From Candidatus Latescibacterota bacterium (GTDB taxonomy: Bacteria > Latescibacterota > UBA2968 > UBA8231): 64,000 nt of DNA. Within the stretch, counting starts at the first letter, position 1. The number at the start of each line of letters is the position of its first letter. Positions 38,961 to 49,118 of this stretch are shown one piece after another. Both the position numbers and the translations under genes were made by a program. The notes under the pieces were generated by a model. That model was not told where the DNA came from. It worked only from the letters and a program-made list of their open reading frames with translations, and did no database searches. The DNA is taken from positions 320,001 to 384,000 of the forward strand of contig CBDCDC010000002.1 of the NCBI GenBank assembly GCA_965215195.1, given 5' to 3'.

Positions 38961-39587
38961 TCAACTCCCCAGCGACTCCAAGCTCGTTACCCAGCCGTTG
39001 AACCGAGGGCATTCATTGCGAATCTTGGCCAAGCCAATCTCCACTGCTAGAAGGGGGGCGTCAACTTTCTTATCGTACCGGGGTATAATCTCCTTGATCC
39101 GTTTGCTCGGAGCCGTGTCCTTGTTGTCGTTAATGTCCTCGGGCGTCTGGAACTGTGAACGGATGTTTTGCAGGGCCTCCACCGATCCGTCCGGTGCGCT
39201 AACCAGGCCCGCAAAAACGCTTACATCCGAAAACAACAGCCCCTCGAACTCATGTCGTTGGACATATGGGAACACTCTTTTTGGATGCCATAGACCGCCG
39301 AGTTTCTGGCGAAGGTCTTCCTCCAACTCATCGCTTGTTCTGCCTTCTTTGCGACGAAACCCATAGAAGTCAACGAGCGATGTCACCGCATCAAAGGAAC
39401 GGAGTAAATGGGTCATTTCCGACACGAGTCGCTCCACCGAAACATTTCCGCCGTCAGATCTGCCGCGGGCGCGGCCAAACAGAATCGGTATCGGTTCGAC
39501 TCCTCTTTCTCTTAAGTGAGCCGCGAGAAAATGTTTGACAAATTCCTCTTCGGTTGGGCCTTCTACCGATATGGCCAGTCGGATCAC
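38961..39587 (-). CDS. DUF4276 family protein
   Basis: VEGPTEEEFV, TSLVDFYG, PYVQRHEFEGLLFSD, PEDIND..TAPSKRI, CPRFNGW. Confidence 0.88.
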   Translation of the reverse strand: MIRLAISVEGPTEEEFVKHFLAAHLRERGVEPIPILFGRARGRSDGGNVSVERLVSEMTHLLRSFDAVTSLVDFYGFRRKEGRTSDELEEDLRQKLGGLWHPKRVFPYVQRHEFEGLLFSDVSVFAGLVSAPDGSVEALQNIRSQFQTPEDINDNKDTAPSKRIKEIIPRYDKKVDAPLLAVEIGLAKIRNECPRFNGWVTSLESLGS

Positions 39588-40699
39588 GGACGTCCTCCGA
39601 GCAGATTCTTTTGCCAAAGCTCACCCGATGTGAAGTTGTCGTCGAGCCATACCTGATAGTCATCCGGCGCCAGTTTGCGAAACTCAGTACGACCGTCCTG
39701 TAGCTCTAACACGAAAATTTCGTCGAGACCGAACGCATCAACCAGCAAGGGCGATTGCGTTGCCACAATGACCTGCCTTTCCTCGGCGAGGGACTTTATC
39801 ATACCCCCAATCAAGGCGATGGCTGCCGGATGCAGGCCCAGTTCTGGTTCGTCCAACAGGATTACGTTGGGCAACATCTCCGGCGGCAGATTGAGCAGAG
39901 TGACGAGGGCGAAGAACCGTAGCGAGCCATCGGACGTGAGATGTGCGCCAAAGGTCTTGTCCATTCCTTTGGCTTTCCACCTCAGCAATACTTTTCCGTA
40001 GCTCTCTTCAAGCTGAAAACGGTCGAATACAGGCAAGACTCGGCTGATATGCTGGCAGATCAGATCATATCGCTTGATGTCTTCCCGCTCCAACCGGTGC
40101 AGTACGGCGGCCAAGTTGCCCCCGTGGCTAAGAAGGCAGTTGTTGTCCTCCGCGTCCCATCTTTTTTTGAAGTCAGATGTGTCGGATGTGTCGTGAAATT
40201 GATAGACAACGCAACTGCGGAGACGATCCACAATCACCTTGGCGGTGATGAGGTCGTTAGCATAAAATTCGCTGGGCTTTGTGACCCGGACAATCTCGGC
40301 TTCCTGATGCCCACTTCCCAAGTATTGCCAATTGCTACTGAATCGAAAACTTTCCTTGCTAAAGAAAAAGCGGTCAGGATGAGCGTGGGAAAGCATGAAC
40401 CGATAGTCGTAGCTGCTGTGGCCCGCTCCGATTCTCAACCTAACCTCGGCTTCCATGCGCGGAGTACGTTGGTTGCCACCATACAATTGATCGTCGGCTC
40501 CTCCGTGCCTCTCGATGAACTCTGCGAGTCTGCGAGACCCGAGCATCCAGTTCAGCATTTCAAAGAATCGAATGAAATTCGACTTGCCCGAGCCGTTGGC
40601 ACCAATTAGGACCGCCGCCTTGGGAATTCCCGAAAGCTCGACATCGGCCAACGACCGGAAGCCCTGGATGCGGACGTATTCAATCATTGTTGGTTCCAT
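39584..40699 (-). CDS. AAA_21/ABC-type ATPase
   Basis: IGANGSGKSN, SDGSLR, LLDEPELGLHP, ATQS, GELWQKNLLGGRP. Confidence 0.92.
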   Translation of the reverse strand: MEPTMIEYVRIQGFRSLADVELSGIPKAAVLIGANGSGKSNFIRFFEMLNWMLGSRRLAEFIERHGGADDQLYGGNQRTPRMEAEVRLRIGAGHSSYDYRFMLSHAHPDRFFFSKESFRFSSNWQYLGSGHQEAEIVRVTKPSEFYANDLITAKVIVDRLRSCVVYQFHDTSDTSDFKKRWDAEDNNCLLSHGGNLAAVLHRLEREDIKRYDLICQHISRVLPVFDRFQLEESYGKVLLRWKAKGMDKTFGAHLTSDGSLRFFALVTLLNLPPEMLPNVILLDEPELGLHPAAIALIGGMIKSLAEERQVIVATQSPLLVDAFGLDEIFVLELQDGRTEFRKLAPDDYQVWLDDNFTSGELWQKNLLGGRP

Positions 40700-40709
40700 C
40701 GCGTTCCTT

Positions 40710-43688
40710 TCACCTCGGCACCGCCAACAGCATGGCGTCGAGCAGGCGTTTTTCGTTGCAGCCTTGAGGGTAGAGTGCCGATAGCGCGTTGGCAAGGCGC
40801 AGGAAGTCGGGGCCGCGATCTTGCTCGGCGTTGATCAGCGTCCGCAGTGCGTTGGCGTGGCCGCTGGACTGGAGCAGCATGGCGGTGTGGACGCGGTCGA
40901 GGGTGGTGCCGTCGGAAGTTGCGGCGAGGTGTTCGTCGGAGGTTTCGCCGTATCGCGGGCGCGGCTCCCGCACGAGAGCGGGTGCGCCGTCCTGCCAGTC
41001 GGGGAAGAGCGTCTGCTGCGCGTTGGTGCCCGGGTCGCTTTCGATGTAGGTGGCAGCGGCCGTAGCGCCCTCCTCGCCGAAGAGCTTTTTGGCCCGCTCG
41101 GCTACGGGTAGTAGGCGCACGACGCCCTTTGCTTGGCCGATGATGCGGTCGGTCCAAGTACCGAGGTCAATGCCCATGGGCTGGGCGAAGCGGCGCACCA
41201 CGTCGAAGGGGAGCGCAAATCCCGTGGCCGCGACCTTGGCGACGGCTTCTTCGTCGGCCTCGTCGTCTCGTTCCCCTGCGTTCGCAAGGGCAGGACTCTG
41301 ATTTTCTGCAACAAGGGTTGTGCTCTGGAGCGTCCACAGGAAGAGTGCGGTCAGGCGGGCGTCCTCTTCCAACGCGCCGGAAAGGCCGTTGTGCGCTCGC
41401 GCCTCGGCCGTGCCGAGTACCTGTTGCAGGGCGGCGCGGCCGACGACCTCCCAGACTTTCTCCAGATAATCGGGCAGGCCGATTATATTGCCCTCGGCGG
41501 TTTCGACAGCGCGGTAACGGCTGAAAATTTCGAGCGCCGGGCCGATGCAGGCGAAGACCAGATCGGCACCGCGGATGCCTTCGCCCTGCAAACGCTCGAT
41601 CCAGTCGGCGACGCGGACCGGCAGTTCGCGGAGGACATCGGCCCAGTCGCCGATGGGGGCGTCCTCGGGACGGGGGCGGCAGATGAGGTGGATGCTAGTG
41701 GCGAGTGCGGCGGAGTCGCGGGCGCGCAGGCGGGTCTCGCTCTCCGTGGCGATTGGCCAAGAGCCGGTGATAGTCCAGCCGCCGCGAATCATGCCGGAGA
41801 GTAGCGCCTCCCAGCCCTCTGTCGTCTTGTGAGCGAAGACGACGGAGCCGACACCTTCTTCGCTTAGAATCCGGCGTCCCTCGGCGAAGGCTTTCGCCAT
41901 TGTTTCCTCGAACCACTCTCGGTCCTTGGGTCGGCCGTCGACCTGCTTGGTCTCGTCCTGTACGGCCTCGGCTGTCTTGGGCGAGAGCGGGTTGTCTGGA
42001 TCGAACGGGTCGCGCAGCAACGGGTTATCAGGTAGCGTACGCTTGAGCCAGACTAGGAAAAAGTCGGATAGATCGGAATAGGGTATTGCGTCGTAGTAGG
42101 GTGGATCGGTGAACCAGATGCCGGCGGACTGGTCGGGAAGGGGGTGGTCGGTGGCGTTGGCGGGCTGGACTTGGCCTCCCGCCACGACTCGTACAGCGTC
42201 TATGACCTTACATGCTGCGGTGATCCCCGACAGAAAAACTCCCCGCGCATTGCTTTTTGGCGCTGATTCACAGAAATCCCACACTACAGGAATGGCTTGG
42301 CGTGCAAATAGATTCACAGGATTTTCAGCACCGCTTTCCCATCTGGCAAGTGAATTATTCCCATCCGACATTCTGCCTAAGAGCAATGCGATTAGGGTCT
42401 GTTGAATGCTTGGCGTAAGCGTTACCGTTGATCGCCCCAACCCCACCATCGCCACCTTCTGCCGCGCCGTAAACAAATCGCCCCACTGCATCATCCCGTA
42501 CCGCTGCACACGGAAGCCCAACGTTCCAATCGGTGGCAACAGCTCGTCCGGCACCGGGCAAAGCCCCTGTTTCCCGCTCCTTTCCCATTCCTCCAGAACC
42601 TGCGCCACCCGTTCCTGAGCCTTTCGCACCGCTGCGTAGTCCGCGTCGTTGGGCAGCCGATAGTGCCGCCCTGTTTCATTAGGGCGCAACGTCACCACCG
42701 CCGTCATTCGCGCCCCGCCCATCCGCCGCCCGTCCGCGTCGAAAATCACATCCGCCCCGCCCCGCTCGGCCGCAAGCTGCGCCCGCACCCGCTCCGGCGG
42801 CAGGACCGCGCCGCAGCACAAACAAGTCGCCCGCGCCCGCGCCACCGTGCCGCCGCGCACCTCTCTATCCGCCTGCGGCTCAAACACCTCAAACTCGACG
42901 CTCGGTGGCTCCCCCGCGCAGCACTCGACGCGATGCCGCAACGCCCGCTTGCGCTTGGCCTTCTTGCACAGATAAAACGACCGCATCAGCGGAATCTCCG
43001 CGCCGCAGTTGGGCGCTTCGCAACGCACTGTCCGCGCCCACAAATAGGCAATTGGCGTGGCCCCGTCCGGGTCCTTGGGATACAGAGTGGCCAACTCCTG
43101 CTCGGCCTGCCGCTTAATCTCGCCGCCGACCCGGCGCAGTTCCTCGGCCAACCCCGGCCCGTGCCGCGGAATATCCTCCAGCATCACCTTGAGAATCAGG
43201 CACGCCACCGGATTCAGATCACTGGCGAACGCCTCGCAGCCCAGCCGTAGCGCCTCCAGCGGAATCGAGCCTCCGCCCGCAAACGGATCCACCACGAGCG
43301 GCGGCTCCTCGCCATGCGCCGCCTTCACCAAAGCCCGGCTCACGTCGAGGTGGGTGCGATCCGCAGCATTTTTCCAGTTGGCGAAGTTGGCAATGAACGA
43401 CAGCAACCCCTGTCGCAGTTCCGCGTCATTCGCCGGCGGCTGACGCACCTCGCGCAGAATCTCGCGCGCTTGCTGCTTAAACTCCTCCGGGCAGTGCGGG
43501 TCGCACGGGTCCGGCAGCAGCAACGCCAGCAACACGGCCCGCGACGAGGCCAAAGGCCGCCGCGCCCACCACAGGTGCAGCGTACTCGGATGCCCGTGCC
43601 GAATCGACTTCTCCCGCGCCGCGTGCGTGGACACTTGGGCGATGGGGAAATCGACTTCGGCGAGACGCTTGCATTCGCGGGGGATCAC
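40710..43688 (-). CDS. DUF1156 adenine-specific DNA methyltransferase
   Basis: GTG start IPRECKRLAEVDFP, LHLWWARRPLA, DPFAGGGSIP, Zn-finger CxxxxC/CxCC, TDPPYY. Confidence 0.93.
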   Translation of the reverse strand: MIPRECKRLAEVDFPIAQVSTHAAREKSIRHGHPSTLHLWWARRPLASSRAVLLALLLPDPCDPHCPEEFKQQAREILREVRQPPANDAELRQGLLSFIANFANWKNAADRTHLDVSRALVKAAHGEEPPLVVDPFAGGGSIPLEALRLGCEAFASDLNPVACLILKVMLEDIPRHGPGLAEELRRVGGEIKRQAEQELATLYPKDPDGATPIAYLWARTVRCEAPNCGAEIPLMRSFYLCKKAKRKRALRHRVECCAGEPPSVEFEVFEPQADREVRGGTVARARATCLCCGAVLPPERVRAQLAAERGGADVIFDADGRRMGGARMTAVVTLRPNETGRHYRLPNDADYAAVRKAQERVAQVLEEWERSGKQGLCPVPDELLPPIGTLGFRVQRYGMMQWGDLFTARQKVAMVGLGRSTVTLTPSIQQTLIALLLGRMSDGNNSLARWESGAENPVNLFARQAIPVVWDFCESAPKSNARGVFLSGITAACKVIDAVRVVAGGQVQPANATDHPLPDQSAGIWFTDPPYYDAIPYSDLSDFFLVWLKRTLPDNPLLRDPFDPDNPLSPKTAEAVQDETKQVDGRPKDREWFEETMAKAFAEGRRILSEEGVGSVVFAHKTTEGWEALLSGMIRGGWTITGSWPIATESETRLRARDSAALATSIHLICRPRPEDAPIGDWADVLRELPVRVADWIERLQGEGIRGADLVFACIGPALEIFSRYRAVETAEGNIIGLPDYLEKVWEVVGRAALQQVLGTAEARAHNGLSGALEEDARLTALFLWTLQSTTLVAENQSPALANAGERDDEADEEAVAKVAATGFALPFDVVRRFAQPMGIDLGTWTDRIIGQAKGVVRLLPVAERAKKLFGEEGATAAATYIESDPGTNAQQTLFPDWQDGAPALVREPRPRYGETSDEHLAATSDGTTLDRVHTAMLLQSSGHANALRTLINAEQDRGPDFLRLANALSALYPQGCNEKRLLDAMLLAVPR

Positions 43689-43757
43689 AGGCACTCCTCC
43701 GTCCATTGGACGAGCGCTTTGGCGGTGTCGATCGCTTCCCGGTATTCCTGCTCGTAT
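43685..43757 (-). pseudogene. 3' remnant of a HEPN gene
   Basis: EQEYREAIDTAKALVQWTEECL* matches the C-terminus of 48332-48724, with the same GTGA overlap onto the DUF1156 start. Confidence 0.7.
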
Positions 43758-43835
43758 TCCGAAGTGTGGATCTTGGAACTCCAAGGAATCCAGTACCCCA
43801 ATGCGATTGCTTTTTCTTTATCGTGTCGTGCATAT

Positions 43836-46142
43836 CTACGAGGTGCCATGGTCATGTTCTTTCAAATAGAGGATGTCGCACCGGACCTCCAACCGCTTCC
43901 GCTCGCCCGTCTCCGGCTGGAAATCGTTCGCGATTTCATGCGGGATCGGAATGAATGTGCGATCTTTCGCGAGAATAGTCGAGGTGACCCTAGGACCACC
44001 TCCGGACGCGGCACTAACAAGTCCAGGACAAAGGATGTCGTAGTAAAGGCCGAAACGCCTTGAGTGATGCTGGAATATGAATATGACCTTTCGGCCACCC
44101 CAGACCACTTCTGTTGAATGCGGCTGTAGGAAGAAGTCACCCTTCTCGCGTTGAACTAGGTCACTTAACGAGAGAAAACAAGTATATCCGTTAACCGGTT
44201 CCTCACTCGTTAGAATACGTGCATTCGTCTCCTGCTCCCGGCGGTCAATTCCGGGTCTAGCGTCAAAGAAGTCTTGAGGGTCTCCTTCAGTAGTCTCTTC
44301 TCTGATCTCATTGACAACCGAGGAAAGTGGTTCCGTGCTCGCACCGCTCACATCTACGACTGAGCGATCCCTATCGATCAGTCGTCGTGCCGCCTCGACA
44401 TTCGTTAGTCGTCCGGTACGCAGTTCCTCGAAAATCTCATCGAGATCGGCCTTGTCATCGAACTCATATTCAAACAATTCTCTGTTTGAACGAAGATGCC
44501 TTAAGAATGCCTCGGCTCCCTCCCGTGTGCTGCTAGGTACGAGCTTCGCAATTCTTGGGAAGATCGTAGATCGAACGAAGTCTTTTACGAAGGGCGCGAA
44601 CGCGTTGTAGTTATCGCGATAAAGAGCGAGCAACGGCGCGACGCTAGAAGAATCCGGGTCGAGGTAGATCCTCACTGGCACTTTCTTATCAGTTACGAGG
44701 AGGGGTAGTCCACCAGAGATTGTCCCGAAACGGATGTCGACTCCAAGGAAGTAGTCCTCTTCAAGGATTAGGGCGACCCGAGTTGCGAGAGCAGAATGAG
44801 CGAAACTCTGACTCGTTATCGGGAGCTCTTGTTTCACCCGAGGGGTAATATCAACCTCGTTGACTCCTTGCTTGATTAAGTAGCCCAACTCGCAGTCACG
44901 CCGAGGTCTCCGTCGGGAAAGCACAATAAGCGGTTCATCCTCGCTGGCGTATGTCTGGATTACTGATTCATTATGCCCACTGTAGTACCGTACACCACTG
45001 CGCTTTACTAGCGAAGCGAGTACCTCGGGTTTGCCGGAAGGTCGGGGTACTACCTCTAGCTTGCCGCAGAGTGCGAACTGTCCTGTTGCAGTGATCCATT
45101 GGAGAAAACCATCGTTGGCGAAGGATTCGTCGTGCTCGGCTGCAATTGGCGAAATCAGGTTGTCTAGTGCCCAGATAATTCGCTGCAGCAGTTGATTTGA
45201 AGAAGCGTCTAGGGCTTCACGGCCTGCTGTGGGCTTCAGGATGGAGAGATCAACCACGCCGCCCCACTGGTACCCGGACTGCATTGCGACTGTCGAAAGA
45301 CCGAATCCAGAACGAAGTGTACGAATGCCGTTGCGGCCTTGTAGTAGGACCATCGAACCGGGTTTTCCAAGCCTTGGTGCGGACTTGATGTTCTCTAGAA
45401 CAACGCGCAGTTCACCCGACGCCATGCCAATAAGTTCTATATCGCCGGAGAGAATTCCGTCAAGCGATATGTCTCGGCAGTGTTCCAACCAAGCATGTCT
45501 TTCGGAAGGAAGCACTGCTCTGTGGTTCGCGCCACTGAGCTTGTCGCCGTTGAAAAGGACGGGTACGTCGACGAACTCGACAAACTCACGGAGATACGTA
45601 CGTGCGTCCTGAACGGATACCCCGCTCATAGGGGCGAGGTGAGCTCGCACCGTGGTTCCTGGCTTGCCTTTTTGAGTAATTGGCGTGACCGAGATGCCCG
45701 CGGTTTCGGTCGACAGTTCCGACTTCCGTACCGACGACAACGTACGTTCGCCTGTGACTGCTGACTCACTCTCAACGGAAAGTTCATCAGCGACGCCGAA
45801 ATTTGCCATCGCCCCTATGCCGAACGTCCCTACCACACCAGCCGCCCGAGCAGAGTCGGTGTTCTTACCGCTTTTCCCTGCATACCAGAAGTGAGTTTCG
45901 ATCTCTTGGGCCGTCATGCCGATACCGTTGTCGGATACGATGATCTGTTCGTCATCAACGGTCACATGAATCATGGGTTCAAATTTTCCGCCAAGCGCCT
46001 GTCTCATGCGCACTGCGTCGAATGCGTTTTGCGTGTTCTCTCGAAGAAGAGCGAGTGGCGACTGGTAAATCTGATCGGCAAGCAATTCAAGTATCCGGGA
46101 GAATTCGACTTTGAACGCGATTCTCTTCTCAGTTGAGCTCAT
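43836..46142 (-). CDS. Hsp90-like GHKL ATPase with long uncharacterised C-terminus
   Basis: IAFKVEFSRILELLADQIY, LRENTQNAFDA, SDNGIGM, GKSGK, GTFGIG, GTTV. Confidence 0.88.
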   Translation of the reverse strand: MSSTEKRIAFKVEFSRILELLADQIYQSPLALLRENTQNAFDAVRMRQALGGKFEPMIHVTVDDEQIIVSDNGIGMTAQEIETHFWYAGKSGKNTDSARAAGVVGTFGIGAMANFGVADELSVESESAVTGERTLSSVRKSELSTETAGISVTPITQKGKPGTTVRAHLAPMSGVSVQDARTYLREFVEFVDVPVLFNGDKLSGANHRAVLPSERHAWLEHCRDISLDGILSGDIELIGMASGELRVVLENIKSAPRLGKPGSMVLLQGRNGIRTLRSGFGLSTVAMQSGYQWGGVVDLSILKPTAGREALDASSNQLLQRIIWALDNLISPIAAEHDESFANDGFLQWITATGQFALCGKLEVVPRPSGKPEVLASLVKRSGVRYYSGHNESVIQTYASEDEPLIVLSRRRPRRDCELGYLIKQGVNEVDITPRVKQELPITSQSFAHSALATRVALILEEDYFLGVDIRFGTISGGLPLLVTDKKVPVRIYLDPDSSSVAPLLALYRDNYNAFAPFVKDFVRSTIFPRIAKLVPSSTREGAEAFLRHLRSNRELFEYEFDDKADLDEIFEELRTGRLTNVEAARRLIDRDRSVVDVSGASTEPLSSVVNEIREETTEGDPQDFFDARPGIDRREQETNARILTSEEPVNGYTCFLSLSDLVQREKGDFFLQPHSTEVVWGGRKVIFIFQHHSRRFGLYYDILCPGLVSAASGGGPRVTSTILAKDRTFIPIPHEIANDFQPETGERKRLEVRCDILYLKEHDHGTS

Positions 46143-47563
46143 GAGGTCATCCTTCTAACGGTGATGGTGGCAGCCAACTCCTCAAAGAGGGCGCGATTAA
46201 CGAATGCCGACGCGGCGTTAAGGCGTACCGCAGCTTCGTCGAATCGACCACCGTCTAGGAGCAGCGAGATGACCCTAACAACCTCGTCCACGCTTTGGGG
46301 TGGGTCGAGAAGTTCGATCAATTCCTCCTGTCGTCCCAAACCGTCCAACGCCCGGATCTTGATCTGGCGTTTTTCATGTGAGTGGGACGTGTTAATCTCA
46401 GCGAGAAGTTCCAATGCTCTCTCGTATTGTTCGGTGGCTACCGCCGTCATCGCGTTATCGAGTCGTTGAGTGGGGGTAGGTGGTTTAGGACGTGAAGGCG
46501 AAAGCGGGAGGTTTAGCTTGATGAAGGTTTTACCGCCGAAGTCGTCCCGATGGGAGCCGGTGAAGACGCCCCCTGATGACATCGCTCGTACATGAACGGT
46601 GATTGAGTTACTGTTCGGATCGATGACGACGATGTTGAATTGGCGTCGCTCTCCCGTGGGGAGTTCATGGTCGCCCACTGCAATTGAGCCGGCACCTACG
46701 ACCGCCATTGAGGTCAGGTTCGGCAGACGAAGTTCAAACGGCGCTGCACCAGGATAATGCTGATGTCCGTGTAGCCCGACGCTGAATCCGAAATCGATAA
46801 GTTTGTGGATGACACGTTGGTCCATATAATCGTTTGCTCGTGGTCCGCCGACAACGCTATGGTGCCACACGGCGACGGCAACCGGGGCATTCGAGCCCGC
46901 AAGTAGTTCCCGCGATGAGGCCAGCGATACCGAGTCGATCTCTCCCACGTGGCAAAAGCAGTCGTTCCCGTGCCAAGAGGCGAATCCGACAATAACGAGC
47001 CCGAGAGACGGATACTCGACAAAAACGAGGTCATCATCTCTATGCGACAATGGACTTGGGTCTAACCCTGCATAGAAGTCTGCTTGAAACTGTCGGAAGT
47101 GTTTGAAGCGAGATTCATACAGATTACTGTCACTGATCTCGTAGGATTTCTGCTCCTTCCAGTTCCAGCGCACGTTTGAACTGGCCTCAAAGGCCTTGCT
47201 AGCGATCCCTTCTGGACAGGTTGCGAGAGGCTCCATCGCGTTTCGGGCGCGACCCCAGTCAACATCGTGGTTTCCAGGGATGATGACGACGCGCGATCGA
47301 TCAGAATCAACAAACTCGGCTGCCAGATATCGTAAGAAATCGCAGGCTTCAGAGTATTGGGCTGCGATCTCGGAGTCGGGATCGGTAGTGCCGATACTTA
47401 CGCCCTGAACTAGGTCGCCGCTCACCACGACTAGGTCTGGACTCGGAATCCCCTCTCCGCTCCACCGCGTTGCATCGCTGGTGATTGCCGCGAGAAGCTC
47501 ATCGTTGCTTAAACGAGGCCCCGACGTTCGGTGTAGGTCAGAGATGTGAAGGAGAGTAGGCAT
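46139..47563 (-). CDS. Calcineurin-like metallophosphoesterase with C-terminal helical/TPR-like domain
   Basis: HISDLH, SGDLV, PGNHDV, WHH, HGHQH. Confidence 0.9.
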   Translation of the reverse strand: MPTLLHISDLHRTSGPRLSNDELLAAITSDATRWSGEGIPSPDLVVVSGDLVQGVSIGTTDPDSEIAAQYSEACDFLRYLAAEFVDSDRSRVVIIPGNHDVDWGRARNAMEPLATCPEGIASKAFEASSNVRWNWKEQKSYEISDSNLYESRFKHFRQFQADFYAGLDPSPLSHRDDDLVFVEYPSLGLVIVGFASWHGNDCFCHVGEIDSVSLASSRELLAGSNAPVAVAVWHHSVVGGPRANDYMDQRVIHKLIDFGFSVGLHGHQHYPGAAPFELRLPNLTSMAVVGAGSIAVGDHELPTGERRQFNIVVIDPNSNSITVHVRAMSSGGVFTGSHRDDFGGKTFIKLNLPLSPSRPKPPTPTQRLDNAMTAVATEQYERALELLAEINTSHSHEKRQIKIRALDGLGRQEELIELLDPPQSVDEVVRVISLLLDGGRFDEAAVRLNAASAFVNRALFEELAATITVRRMTS

Positions 47564-47604
47564 TAATTACTCCTCGCAGGGATTCCGCGTGTAAGCAGAT
47601 GATC

Positions 47605-47804
47605 AATCCGGTTTTGGTCTCTACGATGCGCTGGATGATGTCGTCCGACGTTTGTTGGTCCAGCATCCTCTTTTTCACGGCTTCTCTCCTAGTGCTTGCT
47701 CAGCGCCTCCCGCGTGCGGTCGATTTCTGCCGCGCTACGTACCGCGACATTTGGGCGATGGGAGAATCGACTTCGGCGAGACGCTTGCAGGCGCGGGGGA
47801 TCAC
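47605..47804 (-). pseudogene. DUF1156 5' remnant (47721-47804) followed by MNT 5' remnant (47605-47678)
   Basis: VIPRACKRLAEVDSPIAQMSRY and VKKRMLDQQTSDDIIQRIVE. Confidence 0.8.
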
Positions 47805-47917
47805 AGTATGCGTTCCTCAGCCCAGCGGATGACGGCTTCGGCGGTCTCTATCGCTTCAGCGTACTCCTGTTCGGAAACCGGGCTGGCGGTGAAAGGATAG
47901 CGTTCAGGCAGTTTCAT
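47801..47917 (-). pseudogene. HEPN gene with in-frame internal deletion (38 aa)
   Basis: MKLPERYP joined to SPVSEQEYAEAIETAEAVIRWAEERIL*. Confidence 0.8.
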
Positions 47918-48230
47918 ACACCACCCGTCCTTCCCGCAAAGCGGGCTTGACGACCAGCGCGTGGCTGTTCTTGTAACGCTCTACATATTCAGGGGAGACC
48001 ACAATTGCATCCACAGCCGCCCCGGCACCGCGCATGTTCCGGTATATTCGCTTCGTGACGTCGGTCGCGTTTTCTCCTGCCTTGACGATGAGCAGATCGA
48101 CGTCGCTGTGGGGCCCCATTTCGCCGCGGGCGGCAGAGCCGAACAGGATGATCTTTTCCGGCTGAGCGACCTCTACGATACGCCGGATGATGTCGTCCAA
48201 CGTTTGTTGGTCCAGCATCGTCTTTTTCAT
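47904..48230 (-). CDS. Minimal nucleotidyltransferase (MNT), copy 2
   Basis: ILFGSAARG...SDVDLL; AGGAG RBS; same length as 48711-49037. Confidence 0.88.
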   Translation of the reverse strand: MKKTMLDQQTLDDIIRRIVEVAQPEKIILFGSAARGEMGPHSDVDLLIVKAGENATDVTKRIYRNMRGAGAAVDAIVVSPEYVERYKNSHALVVKPALREGRVVYETA

Positions 48231-48331
48231 GGCTTCTCTCCTAGGGTTGCTCCGCGTTTGTGGTATGCGGTCGATTTCTGCCGCCCCCGCAGTTTTATCG
48301 ACTGCGGCGAGACGCTGGCATTCGCGGGGGA

Positions 48332-48724
48332 TCACAGGTGCTCCTCGACCCAGCGAAGGACGGCTTCGGCGGTCTCTACCGCTTCAGCGTACTCCTGTTC
48401 GGAAACGGGCCTGCTGGGATTGGGATAGCGCGTGGTTATCGCGTAACGCGTAAGTCTCGAAGCACGGCGAACCGCGTCCGGAATGCACTCTTCACTTCCT
48501 GCAAGGATTGCCAGTAAATGGGCTAAATCATGCACGTACGGAAACTTGATGTCATGCGAGATCATCGCGGCTTTGATGGCCTTCTCCGCGGCCTGCTGGG
48601 CCGCGAAACACAAGTCTTCGAGGTAGGCGTTGGGGACGCGATTCTTCGCGATTGCCAGACTGCTTCTGGCGCGGTTCAACCACTCCCGCGGATCGTCGGG
48701 CGGGAAGCGCTCAGTCAGTTTCAT
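48332..48724 (-). CDS. HEPN domain protein
   Basis: WLNRARSSL, CFAAQQAAEKAIKA, HDL, TRYP. Confidence 0.9.
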   Translation of the reverse strand: MKLTERFPPDDPREWLNRARSSLAIAKNRVPNAYLEDLCFAAQQAAEKAIKAAMISHDIKFPYVHDLAHLLAILAGSEECIPDAVRRASRLTRYAITTRYPNPSRPVSEQEYAEAVETAEAVLRWVEEHL

Positions 48725-49037
48725 ACACGACCCTCCCCTCGCGCAGTGCCGGCTTGATGACTAGCGCGTGGCTGTTCTTGTAACGCTCTACGTCACTGGG
48801 AGTCACCACGATCGCGTCAACCGCGGAGCCGACGCCATACAGCTTGTCATAAATCTGCCCCATGAGGTCAAGCGCGTCCGCCCCTTCCTTGACGACGAGC
48901 AGATCGACGTCGCTGTGGGGTCCCATTTCGCCGCGGGCGGCCGACCCGAACAGGATGATTTTCTCCGGTTGAGCAACCTCTACGATGCGCCCGATGATGT
49001 CGTCCAATGTTTGTTGGTCCAGCACCCTCTTTTTCAT
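48711..49037 (-). CDS. Minimal nucleotidyltransferase (MNT), copy 1
   Basis: ILFGSAARGEMGPHSDVDLLVV, ALREGRVVYE. Confidence 0.9.
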   Translation of the reverse strand: MKKRVLDQQTLDDIIGRIVEVAQPEKIILFGSAARGEMGPHSDVDLLVVKEGADALDLMGQIYDKLYGVGSAVDAIVVTPSDVERYKNSHALVIKPALREGRVVYETD

Positions 49038-49118
49038 GACTTCTCTTTCCGTTCCTGCCGAGGCGGGATGGCGCTGGCACGGCTGAGCCTTCGGTCCGGC
49101 GTCACCAGTGGCCAGAGC

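Noticed and set aside
43689-43784. N-terminal extension of DUF1156
   Set aside because: This sequence is a HEPN 3' remnant; the repeated stubs show the gene starts at GTG 43688.
48231-48335. Apparent DUF1156-MNT fusion protein (143 aa)
   Set aside because: Chance in-frame join of a DUF1156 stub; the MNT has its own AGGAG RBS and ATG at 48230.
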